NCBI GenBank assembly: GCA_951406725.2
Contig: OX597815.1
Span: 76,198,001 to 76,262,000, forward strand
Reading direction: 5' to 3'
Length of the DNA: 64,000 bases
DNA from: Octopus vulgaris
Lineage: Eukaryota
Part shown: positions 11,200 through 23,675 of the stretch, one piece after another
Position numbering within the stretch: the first letter of the stretch is position 1
Layout: the number at the start of each line of letters is the position of its first letter
The notes under the pieces: generated by a model
What the model was told of the DNA's origin: nothing
Database searches by the model: none
What the model saw: the letters and a program-made list of their open reading frames with translations, nothing else
Translations under genes and position numbers: made by a program

Positions 11200-14081
11200 A
11201 TGCTTATTTATTGTCATTTATTCATTCATTTATCTAATTTTGTCAGTTTGGTTATAGCTCTAGTTAAGAATGCAAATACTCAATTCTATCTTATTATTAC
11301 TACTATTCCTTCACACTGGCAGGCTGAGTTTTTGCTGTTTTGCAGTGCTCCCACCCTTCCCACCCCCACCACCTGTACCGAAAGTCTTTATCCATTGACC
11401 TCTATCAGATGTCTTTTCCCTGAACACCTCCAAAGACTTAATACTCCCCCATCCCTACTTAGGGTTATTCTTCTATGCAATGTAGTGATTATGTAGCACA
11501 TAAAATGGTGTAGCATCTTCAGGTTGAAGGCTATTGTATATTTATAAGTTCTGCCAAATGCGAGCTTTCTTTTCAGGTACATGACACTGGTGTCCCCCAT
11601 CCCAAGGTCTCATGGGCCCACACTCTCAAATTTGGCACACTTAATGTTGGCACATTGAAAGGTAGGTCTGGTGAGATTGTTGAGATGCTTGAACAGAGAT
11701 GGGTAGATTTGTGCTGCTTCCAAACAGTAAGGTAGAGAGGAAGTTCTGCTAGGTTCCTCACAAGCAAAGAACATAGGTATAAGATTTTCTGGGTAGGGTA
11801 CACTGACGGGGTTGGGGGCGTGAGTATACTTCTTGTGGAGAAATGGGTTAAGCTAATCAAGGTAGTCAGAGTCTGTGGTAGAATACTTAAGCTTAGATTA
11901 GTGCTGCAACATGGATTAGCAACCATTATCTTGGCTTATGCTTGCCAGCCAGGGCTACCTGATGAACATAAAAATCGATTTTATGATACCTTCTTGCAGA
12001 CTACCTCGTCGACGAATGACAGGGATCTTCACTTTGTGGCTGGCAACTTCAATGGGCATGTTGGACAACATGCAAGGGGCTTCCATGACATACATGGTGA
12101 CTGGTTTTGGTTCCCGCAATGAGGAGGGAATCAGGCTGCTGGAGTTCTGTGATACAAATGATCTTATGGTTTGTAATACTAACTTCAGGAAACTTGCCAG
12201 TCACCTATTCACCTACTGGTCTGGTGGATACACTAGTCAAATTGACTACATCCTCTCCAGGATATGAGAAAGATGGCTGCTTATAAATGCCAAAACCTTC
12301 CCAGGGAAGAATGTACCTCACAACATAGGTTAATAGTTAGCGACTTCAGAATCAGGGCTAAATGGATGCCCAGAAAACGACCAGCGAGGAAAGGAAGGAA
12401 CTGGAAGCTTAAGGGTCCTGTGAATGGACGAAAATTTAGAGACATACTACTTGAAACTTTTGACAAAATAGAGGAGGATATAACATCACGTGATGTGGAA
12501 GACAACTGGAGGTTCCTATGGGATAACCTTTTGAGGGCTTCTGACCAGATCTATGGATGGTGCAAAGTCCCCTCTCAACCCAAGGTAATGAGGTGGTAAA
12601 ACAATGTAGTTGACAAGGCCATTAGGGAAAAGAAACAGGCATGGCAGGCCTGGAAGAACGGTGGTAGTAGGCAATTATATAAGATTGCTAGAAGGGAAGC
12701 TAGGAGACAAGTTTACATAGCCAGAGGAGAAACAGATAAGGAAAAAAATTTGCCAATGTTCTGCATTGTGAGGACCAAAGACTTGAAGTGTTTCATGTTG
12801 CAAGACAGTGTGTGAGAGAGAATCGTAATGTCATAGGAGAGAACTGTTTCCGCATGGATGATGGCCCACTTACATTTAATGAGGCTGCAAAGAGAGAGAC
12901 TTGGAGATGCCACTATGAAAGGTTGCTAAATGGAGAGAATGAAGTGGAGAAAGATAGCCTGCCGAATGTCGACCCAACAGAGGGACCAGCTATCTGAATT
13001 GACAGTACCTTGGTAGATAAAACAATTAAGGCTATAAGACAGGGAAAGTCCCTGGCCCATTAGGAATCACCGCAGCTTCTGTTACCTAGGTGATAGCTTC
13101 CGTTACCTAGGTGACCAAGTCAGTAGCGGGGATGGATGCTCTGAGAGTGTAGCTGCTAGAATAAGAATAGCCTGGGCAAAGTTCAGAGAACTCCTGCCTC
13201 TGCTAGTGACAAAGGGCCTCTTGCTCAGAGTAAAAGGTAGACTGTATGTGTGCGAACAGCCATGCTACATGGCAGTGAAACATGGGCCATGACTGCTGAG
13301 GACATGCGTAAGCTTGCAAGAAATGAAGCTAGTCTGCTCTGCTGGATGTATAATGCCATTGTGCATACATGAGATAGTGTAAGTGTCCTGAGAGAAAAGT
13401 TGGACATCAGAAGCATCAGATGTGGTGTGCAAGAGAAATGACTGTGCTGGTAAGGTCATATGTTACGTATGTGTGAAAAAGTGTCACACCCTTGCAGTAG
13501 AAGGGACTTGGGATGAGGTGGTGAAGCACGACCTTTGAACATTGGGCCTCACAGAGATAATGACGAGTGACCGAGGCCTTTGGAGATATGCTATGCTTGA
13601 GAAGACCTGGCAAGCCAAGTGAGACCATAACTGTGGCCAGTTCCAGTGCAGCATAACTGGTCCATTTAAGAGTACCTTTCAGTCATTGGGCAATAAACTG
13701 TGCTTGTAAAAACCTGTTGAGTCAAGTGAAGTCACTATCGTGGCCAATGCCAGTACCGCCTGACAGGGAACTGTGACACGTAAAAAGTATCATGGGAGCG
13801 TAGTCGTTGCCAGTGCCACATGACTTGCTTCTGTGCTGGTGACACATAAAAAGCACCATTCAAGCATGATCGATGCCAGTACTGCCTGACTGGCCCTCGT
13901 GCTTGTGGCACTTAAAAACACCCGCTACGCTCGGAGTGGTTGGCGTTAGGAAAGGCATCCAGCTGTAGAAACCTTGTGAGATCAGATTGGAGTCTGGTAC
14001 AGCTTTCTGGCTTGCCAGTCCTCGGTCAAACCGTTCAACCCATGCCAGTATGGAAAGTGGATGTTAAATGACGATGATGAC
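11200..14081 (+). mobile_element. Near full-length but degenerate RTE LINE with the RT core deleted, inserted inside a SINE
   Basis: APE motifs GTLNVGTLKGR, AGNFNGHVG and SQIDYIL. The ORF jumps at about 13075 to the post-RT region. 3'UTR tandem repeats and (GAT)n tail present. Probable TSD gtgtttttc (11191) / gtgtttctc (14082). SINE head at 11067-11195 and SINE tail at 14082-14250 flank it. Confidence 0.85.
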
Positions 14082-15439
14082 GTGTTTCTCCTCCCATCAT
14101 CACTTGACAATCCCGTAACTTAGCAATTCGGCAAAAGAACCGTTAGAATAAGTATTGGGCTTACAAAGAAAGAGTTCTGGGGTTGATTTGTTCGACTAAA
14201 GGTGGTGCTCCAGCTTGGCCGCAGCCAAATGACAAACAAGTAAAAGAAAAGTTCAAAATTTGAAACTGATTCGCCATAGGAAATTCTAGTTGCTTGCTCA
14301 GAGTTATCTCCCTTCCATTTAAATACTATCACGCTGTAACTCAAGTTAGAATAATAGAATTTGCATTCTATTTATTTGAGATTATTTTGAATAATTTATG
14401 AAAAGGGGAAAAGAATAATTGTTGATATTATTATATAATGTACAGCTTTTATATCTCCTATAAAAAAACCACATTGATGATTGTATTTCATAATCTTTTT
14501 ACTTGTTTCAATCATTGGAGTGCAGCCATACTGTGGCAATAATTTGAAGAGTGTAGTCAAACAAATTGACACAAATTCAAATCTAATTCTTATTTTACCT
14601 GTCTGTTTTGCTAAACTGCTAAGCTATAGGAATGTAAATAAACTAACACCAGTTGTTAAGCAGTGAGGGCAGAAAACTGAAGCACACCTATATATTCAAT
14701 GGCTTTCATACAATTTCTGTCTGTCATATTATCTCACATTGCTTTGTCTGGGCCTATTGTGGAAGACATGTACTCAAGGTACAGTGGAACTGAACCAAAA
14801 AGTATGTGGTTGTGATATGAGCTGTACAAGTCATTTTCTGAATGATCAGGCCTGGTACTACACACAGGTTCCCAAGGTTATTGCTTTGGGTGTCAACATG
14901 TGAGTGTGCTGCACAAATTCTGAACAATTAAAATTTTAATCAATTTCTTTGATTTAAAAAAAAAAATCCCCAAAACAACAAAAAAAAAAAGCAACTCTCA
15001 GTAAGATAAGAAAGAGAGCAGGAATGACCACTCTTGGAACATGAGAGAATGGAAGGAGTATTGGAATGAGGTGCTGAAGAGAAGAGGGCTTTATTGTCAG
15101 TTAGGGTAAGTCATTGGAGACAGTTGAGTGTCCAGTTGGGGTGAGAGAAGAAGAGTACGTCGTTGGTCTAAGAGAAGTGGGTGCACATTTTAGGGAGCTG
15201 AATATTCTGACACAAGCACTGTGGGTGATTGTTTCTGAAAACACTCAGTGGGTGTCCATAATAATGTCCCAGGCATCCTGAAACCCATGTCTCACCTCTT
15301 AAACTCTCCTGCCACCTTCACCTCTCTGTGTTTGGAATTTACTAACCTCATTATACAAGAAAAACCCAGGAACTCTATAAACCATGGCTGATTCTCCATT
15401 TGGGTTTTTCAGCCTGGAGCTGTGTCTTATCTTTCCTTT

Positions 15440-15812
15440 TATCTTTCACTTGTTTCAGTCATTAGACTGTGGCCATGCTGAAGAATTTTAGTCAAAAGAA
15501 TCGACCCCCAGTAGTTATTTTTAAAGCCTGGTACTTATTCTATTGGCCTCTTTTGCTGAACTGCTAAGTTACAGAGATGTAAACACATCAACACTGGTTC
15601 TCAAGCAGTAGCAGGGGATGCACACAAAGACACACACATACATACATATATGACAAGCTTCTTTCAGTTTCTGTCTCCCAAATCCACTCAAGGCTTTGGC
15701 TGGCCTGAGGCTATAGTAGAAGATACTTGCCCAAGGTACCATGTATTGGGATTGAACCTGGAACTATGTGGTTGAGAAGCAAACTTCTTACCACACAGCT
15801 GCACCTGCACCT
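15440..15812 (-). mobile_element. tRNA-derived SINE (full length)
   Basis: Same head, internal microsatellite and tail as the 580-970, 32313-32690 and 47740-48112 copies. Confidence 0.8.
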
Positions 15813-16145
15813 ATAAATACTTCCAATACCTAAATTAAGGTATGACTGTGTGATAGAGAGGTTTGCTCCCCAAACATGTGGTCTTGGGTTCAATTCCACT
15901 GTGCAGCATCTTGGGTAAGTGTCTTCTACTTGATGTATTTGTATGTATGAGTGTAGCTGTAAAACGAGTTAATGATATCAATAACAGGTATATTTGCCAT
16001 CTCAATATGGCTAACCACTAAGGGTGGGTGTTACTGTAGCTTGTAGCCCCAGAACATCTCCTCCAGCTGGCTATAGGCACACTTTCTGTGCCCTATCGGT
16101 ATTTGCAAAGGGAGGTCGTCCTTCCTTCGTCAACCTAAGTGATAT

Positions 16146-16188
16146 GCACGGACTGCAGTTTCTGGGTCTTGACCCATCATCAGCGTAC
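16146..16188 (-). ncRNA. Minimal type I hammerhead ribozyme, intact core
   Basis: Minus strand reads GTACG-CTGATGA-TGGGTCAAGACCCA-GAAA-CTGCAG-TC-CGTGC. Stem I is 5 bp (one G-U), stem II is TGGGT/ACCCA, stem III is the palindrome ACTGCAGT, and the triplet is GUC. Confidence 0.85.
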
Positions 16189-16599
16189 GACAATCACCGG
16201 TATTACAAACAAGCATTCATTTGTCAGCTCCAACAGAAATTGTGCTATGACTTTGTTGAAGTTTATATGGTTCTTGCATGAGACAAGTCTTCATGAATTC
16301 AAAATTACATGGACTATTTTAAATAATACACAACCTTATAGGAACAGAAGCTTGAAATCAAAGATGCAGTGTAACCTTTGAGTAAAAAACTGAGAATTTT
16401 GACTCAAAACATCAATAGTTTAAATAAAAGAAATGAACTATTTCCCTTCTTCACATTTGTAAATAATTTGATTCTTCATTAGTACTGGCTTTGATAAATG
16501 ACACAAATGTTTTTCACTTTCTGACAAAGGACTTGGCCTTAAATTCCAGAACTTTCTTCTCCTAGTGGTTCATAAACTTATAAAATATACTTTATCTAG

Positions 16600-16945
16600 G
16601 TGCAGGCATGGCTGTGTGGTTAAGAAGCTCACTTTACAAGCACATGGTTTCAGGTTCAGTACTACTGCACGGCACCTTGGGCAAGTGTCTTCTACTATAT
16701 CCACAGGCTGACCAATACCTTATGAGTGAATTTGGTAGATGGAAACTGCATGTGTATACATACACGTGTGTGTTTTTTGTCCTTCCCTTCCACTTAACTA
16801 GTGTTGGTTTGTCCCAGTAATGTAATGCTTCAGCAAAAGACACTGATAGAATGTGTACTGGAGTTGATTTATATGATTAAACTTTTCAAGGCAGTGCTCC
16901 AGTATGGGTGCAGTCATATGACCAAAACGAGTAAGAGAAAATAAA
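16600..16945 (+). mobile_element. tRNA-derived SINE
   Basis: Head GGCATGGCTGTGTGGTTAAGAAG...GGTTCAGT with A/B-box-like motifs and the family tail GGCAGTGCTCCAG...AGTAAGAG. Confidence 0.75.
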
Positions 16946-17120
16946 AGTAGGAAGATGGAGAAAAAGGAAATTGCTGACACACACCACCCTTAATTTCCTT
17001 GAACTTTTATTGATTTGTCTTTTCTTTAACATGTACTTAACATGTTTTATCAACAACTTTAGAATTTAAATTACCACACATAGTCTCTCCTGTACAAGTA
17101 TATAGAAATGTTGGTGTTTG

Positions 17121-17755
17121 TTACCCTGTGCACATAAGTGAAAGCAGGGTATTGTAATCACTTGTCTTTGTCTATTTGTATGTTTGCAAAATTACTGGAA
17201 AACAGCTGAACAGATTTCCACCAAATTTGGCAGAAATATTCATTTGGTGAGTAGCTTGAAATGATGAAAATTCGGTTTGATTATCTTCAAACATGTATAA
17301 ATTCATACAAAGATATGTGACTGTGTGTGTCTGTGTAGTGATGGATTCGAAGGTTTCATTTATTTATGAGTTGATTTCTTAATTTCACCGGAGTATAAGT
17401 ACCTATAATGGTGACACAATTCTCAAATTCTTTGCAATATTTTCTATAAGTATTTCATTTTGTTCACTTCCTTTTTCATATGAATTGACCCTTGTCTGCA
17501 TGTGTATAAATCATGGTATACCTATGTGCATTGACATGTGGGTATGATGGATTTGAGGGCTTTGTTTATGAGTTGATTTCTTAGTTTCACCAGAGTATAA
17601 ATACCTATAATGGTGATACTTAAAAAAAAAAATAATAGAATTAATTCAGTTCAATTAAAAAGCATGGGTAAGCAACACATTGTAAGTCACACTATAATTT
17701 GCGAAAAATTTATCAGCACGCAGGGTATGCATTGCCCCTCCAATGCCTTTTTCGT
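17121..17755 (+). mobile_element. HINE / DINE-1-like non-autonomous Helentron
   Basis: 5' subterminal IR TACCCTGTGC with a nearby inverted GCAGGGTA, followed by a TCT/TGT-rich tract. 3' subTIR GCACGCAGGGTA at 17716-17727, then the hairpin GCATTG-CCCCTC-CAATGC and a T-rich end. Confidence 0.7.
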
Positions 17756-17852
17756 TTTTTATTACTGTGTTCAATGTATTTGTCAAACAAATAGCCTTAG
17801 ATGCCTTAAAACTTAACCCACAGTGGTGTTCCCTGAGTAACCTATTTTAATG

Positions 17853-18056
17853 AAAGTTCCTGGCTTCAGGTAAAAGAAAATAAAGAAAGACCAGTTAATT
17901 ATGATTTTATTCAACATAATTCCATCTCAGACTGACACAAGTATTGCAGTAGCCCTTCAGTTTATCTAAGCGCTGTAAACGAACTTGGAAGATTGGGCCT
18001 CCAACCAGGCCTTTCATGATGCCCTTAAGGCCAGGAACTTTGCAGCACTCCTCGTA
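17853..18056. mobile_element. Mariner-derived MITE
   Basis: Inverted ends AAAGTTCCTGGC / GCCAGGAACTTT, with a mariner-like right terminus ...CACTCCTCG followed by TA. Confidence 0.55.
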
Positions 18057-18069
18057 TATATTTTGTTTT

Positions 18070-18340
18070 CAATTGCAGCATGGAAGGTGTTTATAAGCCA
18101 TTTAAGAAACACACAAAAACCATTAGATCCTCTTCAACATTTAAATTTAATTTGTCGCTTTGAGACCACAAACTGTTCACTGACAAAATTCCTAGATGCA
18201 GCATGGAGTTTTGTCAGTGAACAGGTCGTGGTCTCAAAGTGACAAAAATATTTTGACAAATTAAATTTAAATGTGGAAGTAAATCTAATGGTTTTTGTGT
18301 GTTTTTAAATGGCTTATAAACACCTTCCATGCTGCAATTG
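18070..18340. mobile_element. Fold-back (almost fully palindromic) element, about 270 bp
   Basis: CAATTGCAGCATGGAAGGTGTTTATAAGCCATTTAA... is mirrored by ...TTAAATGGCTTATAAACACCTTCCATGCTGCAATTG. Inner arms TTTGAGACCAC...TGTTCACTGACAAAA / TTTTGTCAGTGAACA...GTGGTCTCAAA. Confidence 0.8.
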
Positions 18341-18626
18341 TTTATTTATTTATATCATTACTAATGAAAGAGACCAGCTTTCTATCTTTCTTTCTTTCTT
18401 TCAGTCATTGGACTGTAGCCATGTTGGTGCACCTCATTGAAAGATTTAGTCAAATAAATCAACCCCAATACATTTGTGTTCAAGTCCTGGTACTTCTGTT
18501 TTTTTTTACTAAACTAAATTACAAGGATGTAAACAAACTAACATTATTTGTCAAGTGGTGGCGCACACACACACACACACGTTTGTTTTAATATTTAGTT
18601 TAGGTATTATGAGATTAATAACCCGA

Positions 18627-18707
18627 GGCTCTGATGAAGCTATAAAATGTTACTCAGGCACTGAACTATGAGTCTTCTGCATCTTACAGCAGAAACAGCT
18701 GTAAGCT
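18627..18707 (+). ncRNA. Type I hammerhead ribozyme in a small element nested in a SINE microsatellite
   Basis: GGCT-CTGATGA-A-GCTATAAAATG...CATCTTACAGC-A-GAAA-CAGCTG-TA-AGCT, with palindromic stem III ACAGCTGT and a GUA triplet. Confidence 0.7.
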
Positions 18708-20844
18708 ATGAAGTTCATAAGATAATCCTTTATTCCTTTGTAATCTCTCTTTCTTATATATTATGTACTTTCATGCAGTTTCTGTCTACCAAATTCACTC
18801 ACAAGGCATTATAGAAGACACTTGCCTAAAGTGCTGGACTGTGGAACTGAACCTGAAAGCACATGAAAGTCAAGTGAGCTTCTTAACCATGTAGCAATAT
18901 CTTCTTGTAAGATGCTTTTTCCATTGTCCTTTATTTACAATTTCATATTTTGAATAAACTAAGGAAACAAAAATCTTGATATCTGATATTCATTTTCAGC
19001 TGAGTAGATTGGAGTAAAGTGAAAGGAAGTGTCCTGCTCAAGAACACAATGTGTTACCTAGTCTAGAAATTGAACCCACAATTTTATGATCATGATTCCA
19101 GCACTCTGACCACTCGACCACACACACATTAGTTTATGCCAGATGAATGAGAGAGGAATGCTTAAATACACATTTTAGAGGGTTTAGGTTCTTTTTCCAT
19201 TGAAACTGAGAGTTTGCTTTGTGACTCAAGTTTCATGCTATCTTCAGGTGAAAACTGTTAGAACTTGGTATTGGTGATATATTTATATTCTTTGGTGTGT
19301 GGCCTAGTGCTTGTACTTGTGCTTGCTCACTGGTTGGCTTTTTAAGCTTACTAGTAATTACCTGCTGCTGGTAAGATGAAAGATGAAATAGATCCTTCAA
19401 AAGAAGCTCACTATCATAATCATTGATATACTTTACAACCTGTTTTTTTTTTCCTTGAAACAAATTTTAATGTGAAAATGCTTAGGGATATTATTTTCCA
19501 CATTAGTCATGCACACATACTCTCACTCTTTCTCTCTCTCTGTTAACAACAACAATAACAACCTGTCATTCTAGTGAATGTTTTTTTTTTTTGAAGTCTG
19601 GGTTGTGTTGTCTATATGGGCATATTATGTATATCTCTATTTTCTTTCAATTGTTTCAGTCATTAGACTGTGATGCCATCTTGAATAAATTTAGTTGAAT
19701 GAATTTACTCCAGTACTTTATTTTTTTAAAGCTTGGTACTTATTCTACCAGCTTGTTTTGCCAAACTGCTAAGTTACAGGTACATGAATAAACCAACACC
19801 AGTTGTCAAGCTTCCTTACCACACAGCCATTCCTAGAGCTTTTTTTTCTTTTGAAGATATGATTGTATGTGCAGGACTCTGCCCAAACTCCTCCCCATCT
19901 GATGTGTCAAGCATTTTCCCCAATTCTCCATCTATAGCACTAATTGGCTGTTGTAATTACATGGGAACAGAATCAGTACATATTATACTCCTCACTTCTC
20001 CCACTTGGAACTTCCATTTCTCATAATCAATCCTGCTGATGCTATTTCTACCAATCACTTCCTTGCTGTGCTTCCATTCTTAATACTATCATTTTCAAAG
20101 CCCTCTCGTATATTATTAGCATTCCTCATTTACTGTAGCCCTTTATGTATCCTATATCTCCCACCCCACTGCTCCTACACCTTGCACATCATTCCATTAC
20201 TTTCTGACTTATTCTCCATCCTGTGCCACTCCTATATCTCTCACTTTACTCCTGTCCATACAGATACTCCTTCAACTGCAGCTTTGTTTATTACTCATTA
20301 TATTCACCTCAACAACCATCTCTAACTACCTGTTACTCCCTCCAACAAAGTAATGAAAAAATCCACTGTCTGTACCCTTTCTTATGCTCATGCTCTTATA
20401 CCTTGAAAGTTTGCTCCAACACCCTGTTACTTGCTTCCTTTTATCTCCTTCAGCTATGTATCTCATCTGTAGCAAGACACCTGTGCTTGTCCCTCTATCA
20501 TGCTTTAGCCTTTCAATATAGCATAAAGCCATTCACCTCCACCTTCCCCTCTTAGTGGAAGCTTCTTCCTTTTCCCTGTTCTTTTTCTACCTAACAAGTT
20601 ACATGGCAACCTCATTAGTGCCAGTGGCTTGAAAAAAGCACCTAGTACACTTTATAAAGTGGTTGTCATTAGGAAGGGCATCCAACTGTAGAAACCATGC
20701 TGAAGTTGATGTGGGAGTACAATGCAGCTTTGTAACTTTGCTGAGTCTTATCAAACTGCCCAGCCCATGCTAGCATAGAAAATGAATGTCAAATGACGAT
20801 GATGATTATACCAAGGTAGTGAGTGCATATTTTGCATGCTATGT

Positions 20845-21680
20845 ACAGGATGTTTATGCTAAATTTGATGATTCAGAAACAGCTTGATATATTAGTGAAC
20901 AGTCAACGATGTTGGAAAGCATAAAGATTAAACTTGTAGTTGAGAAAAAGTTAGCTTACTTGGAAGATTGGAAGCCATCTGAATATTGGAAAAGAATTAC
21001 CTGCATTATAATGATTCAGGCTGGGTATCAAAATGCTGACATCATGACTGCTACTCAGTGCTCTGTGAACACTGTAAAGGCTATAAGATGTGACACGGAC
21101 AGCTGCAATTAAGACTACAAAGCAATGACCTGCAGGAAGGGACACAACAGGCATTCTGACTGCATCTGCATGCTGCAAATCATCCAACAACTGATGAACA
21201 GGACCTCAAGGTCAATTCAGACAGCTATGTGAAGCTGCTATGAACTATGGTCAATTGCTAGCTGGAAAGAGTTGCTTCTGGAAAGCTGTATGTGTGGCAG
21301 CAGGATTTGGCTCTGGGAAGAGTCAAAAGTTGTTAAGAATTTTTATGACTTCACCAATCCCAATTTCTGATTTCCTAATTCCCTTGATAGTAATCTTATG
21401 GATCACTGAACATGGGGTACAGTTGAGAAAGACACTGATCACTCTGCTTGCAATACCGAAACCAAGCTGGTGTCCAAAATCATGGAGATGTTCAATGATC
21501 TTCCCTGGGACACTGAGAAATGCATGTGCCAGGTTCTGGAGCTATGTTAAGGCTGTGGTGCAAGCTGGGGGCTGCTACTTTGAGTAAACAGATATCTCCC
21601 AGCCATAATCTAGTTGATATTAAAAAATTTTTTTTAAATACTTTTATTTTTGGATGAGATATTGGGCTGTATGTGTGAAG
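20845..21680 (+). mobile_element. Degenerate IS630-Tc1-mariner transposon (maT/DD37D-like) remnant
   Basis: HTH-like start (IQAGYQNADIMTATQCSVNTVKAIR), VWQQD, a decayed PNSxDxNxMD..W motif, and C-terminus NACARFWSYVKAVVQAGGCYFE*. Confidence 0.65.
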
Positions 21681-21749
21681 TATTTTTGTTTCATGTTTTA
21701 TATTTGTGTGTGTGTGTGTGCTATGCCTTTGGGTGTGAATTTTTGGTGT

Positions 21750-22150
21750 TTATTTTATCCCATTTGGAGTTAAGATCTTTTTTCTGAACATGAATTTTTG
21801 CTGTCTACAATGTGATATGATTTGATTTCTCTTATTTAAAATGTGTATATTGTGTGATTTTGTGTTATTACCAGAGCTGTTAATATATGACAGTGCATGA
21901 TCTATAACTTTGTGTTCAATGATTCCAGTGTTGTTGCTTTCCTTTATCTCCCAGAGATATTTAGAGAAGGATGTTGCATTCCTTTTGTACATGATCCAGA
22001 ATGTGCATGTGTCTTTAAAAGCTTGCCTATTGGCATCGATGTAATTTTTATTTGTCCTTTTTGTGAAATTGTTTGCTTTATAGATTATATTGAAAACCAT
22101 CAACTGACCAATATACATGATAAGCCAAGCAATGAAAAAACACAAGCACT
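21750..22150 (-). mobile_element. Penelope-like element, GIY-YIG endonuclease C-terminal remnant
   Basis: NIIYKA...YID...ATSFSKYLWEIKE...ILNKRNQIISHCR matches the Penelope pattern IIY..YIG..LSKYIWELK..LNKRxExxSxCRH. Confidence 0.7.
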
Positions 22151-23643
22151 AGACCACACAAACCAAAGGATTTAAATATACCACTAATATAAAATTGTAA
22201 TGGTTCTCACCTGAAGATTACAGTTGCATGAAAATCAAATGCTCAAACTGTGATAGCATGAGGACATGTGGGAACATATATACATACATAACTAAGTTCT
22301 TGAGTGTATTTAGTCTAGTTCATCTCATTCAAAGATCATGGTTTCCCTGTAAAATTTGTTCTGGGCATTAGATTCTCAGTCTCACCAGTCTAGAAAGGTT
22401 TGTAAAGGTCATGGGCACTACTTTTTCTTCCCTGATTAATATTAAAAATGCAAAGAAAATACACGTATGTAGGTGTGTGTGAATGAGCATAGTTAGTAGT
22501 TTGGGTGTTAGGTTTATGATAATTTGGTCATGGGTTTGATTCTTGGACTGGTCAATATTCTACGCAAGACACTCCATTCAACATTTTTTCAACCCACTCA
22601 GCTGAAAATGAGTACCAGCAATAACTGGGTGGGGGGTGGTGTGTTAATCCTGTGTGATGGGCTAGTGTTCAAGATCAAGAGATAATCTTGAACTCTTAGT
22701 TGCTTAAGGAAACTGAGATAAAGTCCTGCCTTGTGGACCTGTAAACTGGAGACAAATTTTGGTTTTGTGTCAAGTTTTCTATTGGTTGGACAAGTTTGAA
22801 ATATAGCAATATTTTACATGATTTGATTTCTAAGACTGTCAACTAGCTCTGTTGATGGATTTCATGGAGTTTTTGCAGCCTGCTTAGCACCCATGCCCAT
22901 GGCATGTAAAAAGCACCTTCTGAGTGCTGGGCCTCATGGATGCAATGACAAATGACCAAGACCGTTGGCAATATGCTGTGCTGAGAAGACCCATCAAACC
23001 AAGTGAAATCATAGCTGTGGCAGATATCAGTGTCATGTAAAAGTACCCATTACACTCTTGGAGTGGTTGGCATGAGGAAGGGCATCAAGCTGTAGAAACC
23101 ATGCCAAATCAGACAAGTCTGGTGCAGCCCCTCAGCTTACCAGCCCAAGTCAAACTATCCAACCCATGCCAGCATGGGCAACAGATGCTAAATGGTGATG
23201 ATGATGATGATTTTGGATGATTGTTTTTTGCTGTTTTGAACTAATGTAATGGTGCAAACTGAACATGTTTATCATGATACTAACACCAGTAGATATGTTC
23301 TTTTGTAATATTCAATCTCTCTTTCATCAATATTAGTTTTTCAGTGACATTTTAATTGACAATTTGTATATATTTTTTTATTGTCTTTTGCTGTATTATT
23401 TTAAAGTCTTTTCTTCACACCTAAAAATCTACTGTTTCAAATTTATCACCATTAGCTGAATCAGTTAATTTTCTACTGTAGGTGCAAGCATGGCTGTGTA
23501 GTTAAGAAGCCTGCTTCACAACCAGGGGATTTTAGTCTCACTTCTATGTTGTAAAGTATCTTTGATATCAGTGTCATCAACTATAAATACTAGACTGACC
23601 AATGCCTTGTGCGTGAATATTGTAAATTTTGTGGTAACTTTTC

Positions 23644-23675
<32 letters not shown>

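Noticed and set aside
19221-19255. Minus-strand CTGAAGA-TAGCAT-GAAA-CTTGAG-TC hammerhead-like string
   Set aside because: Stem II is essentially absent and stem I does not pair, so it was not counted.
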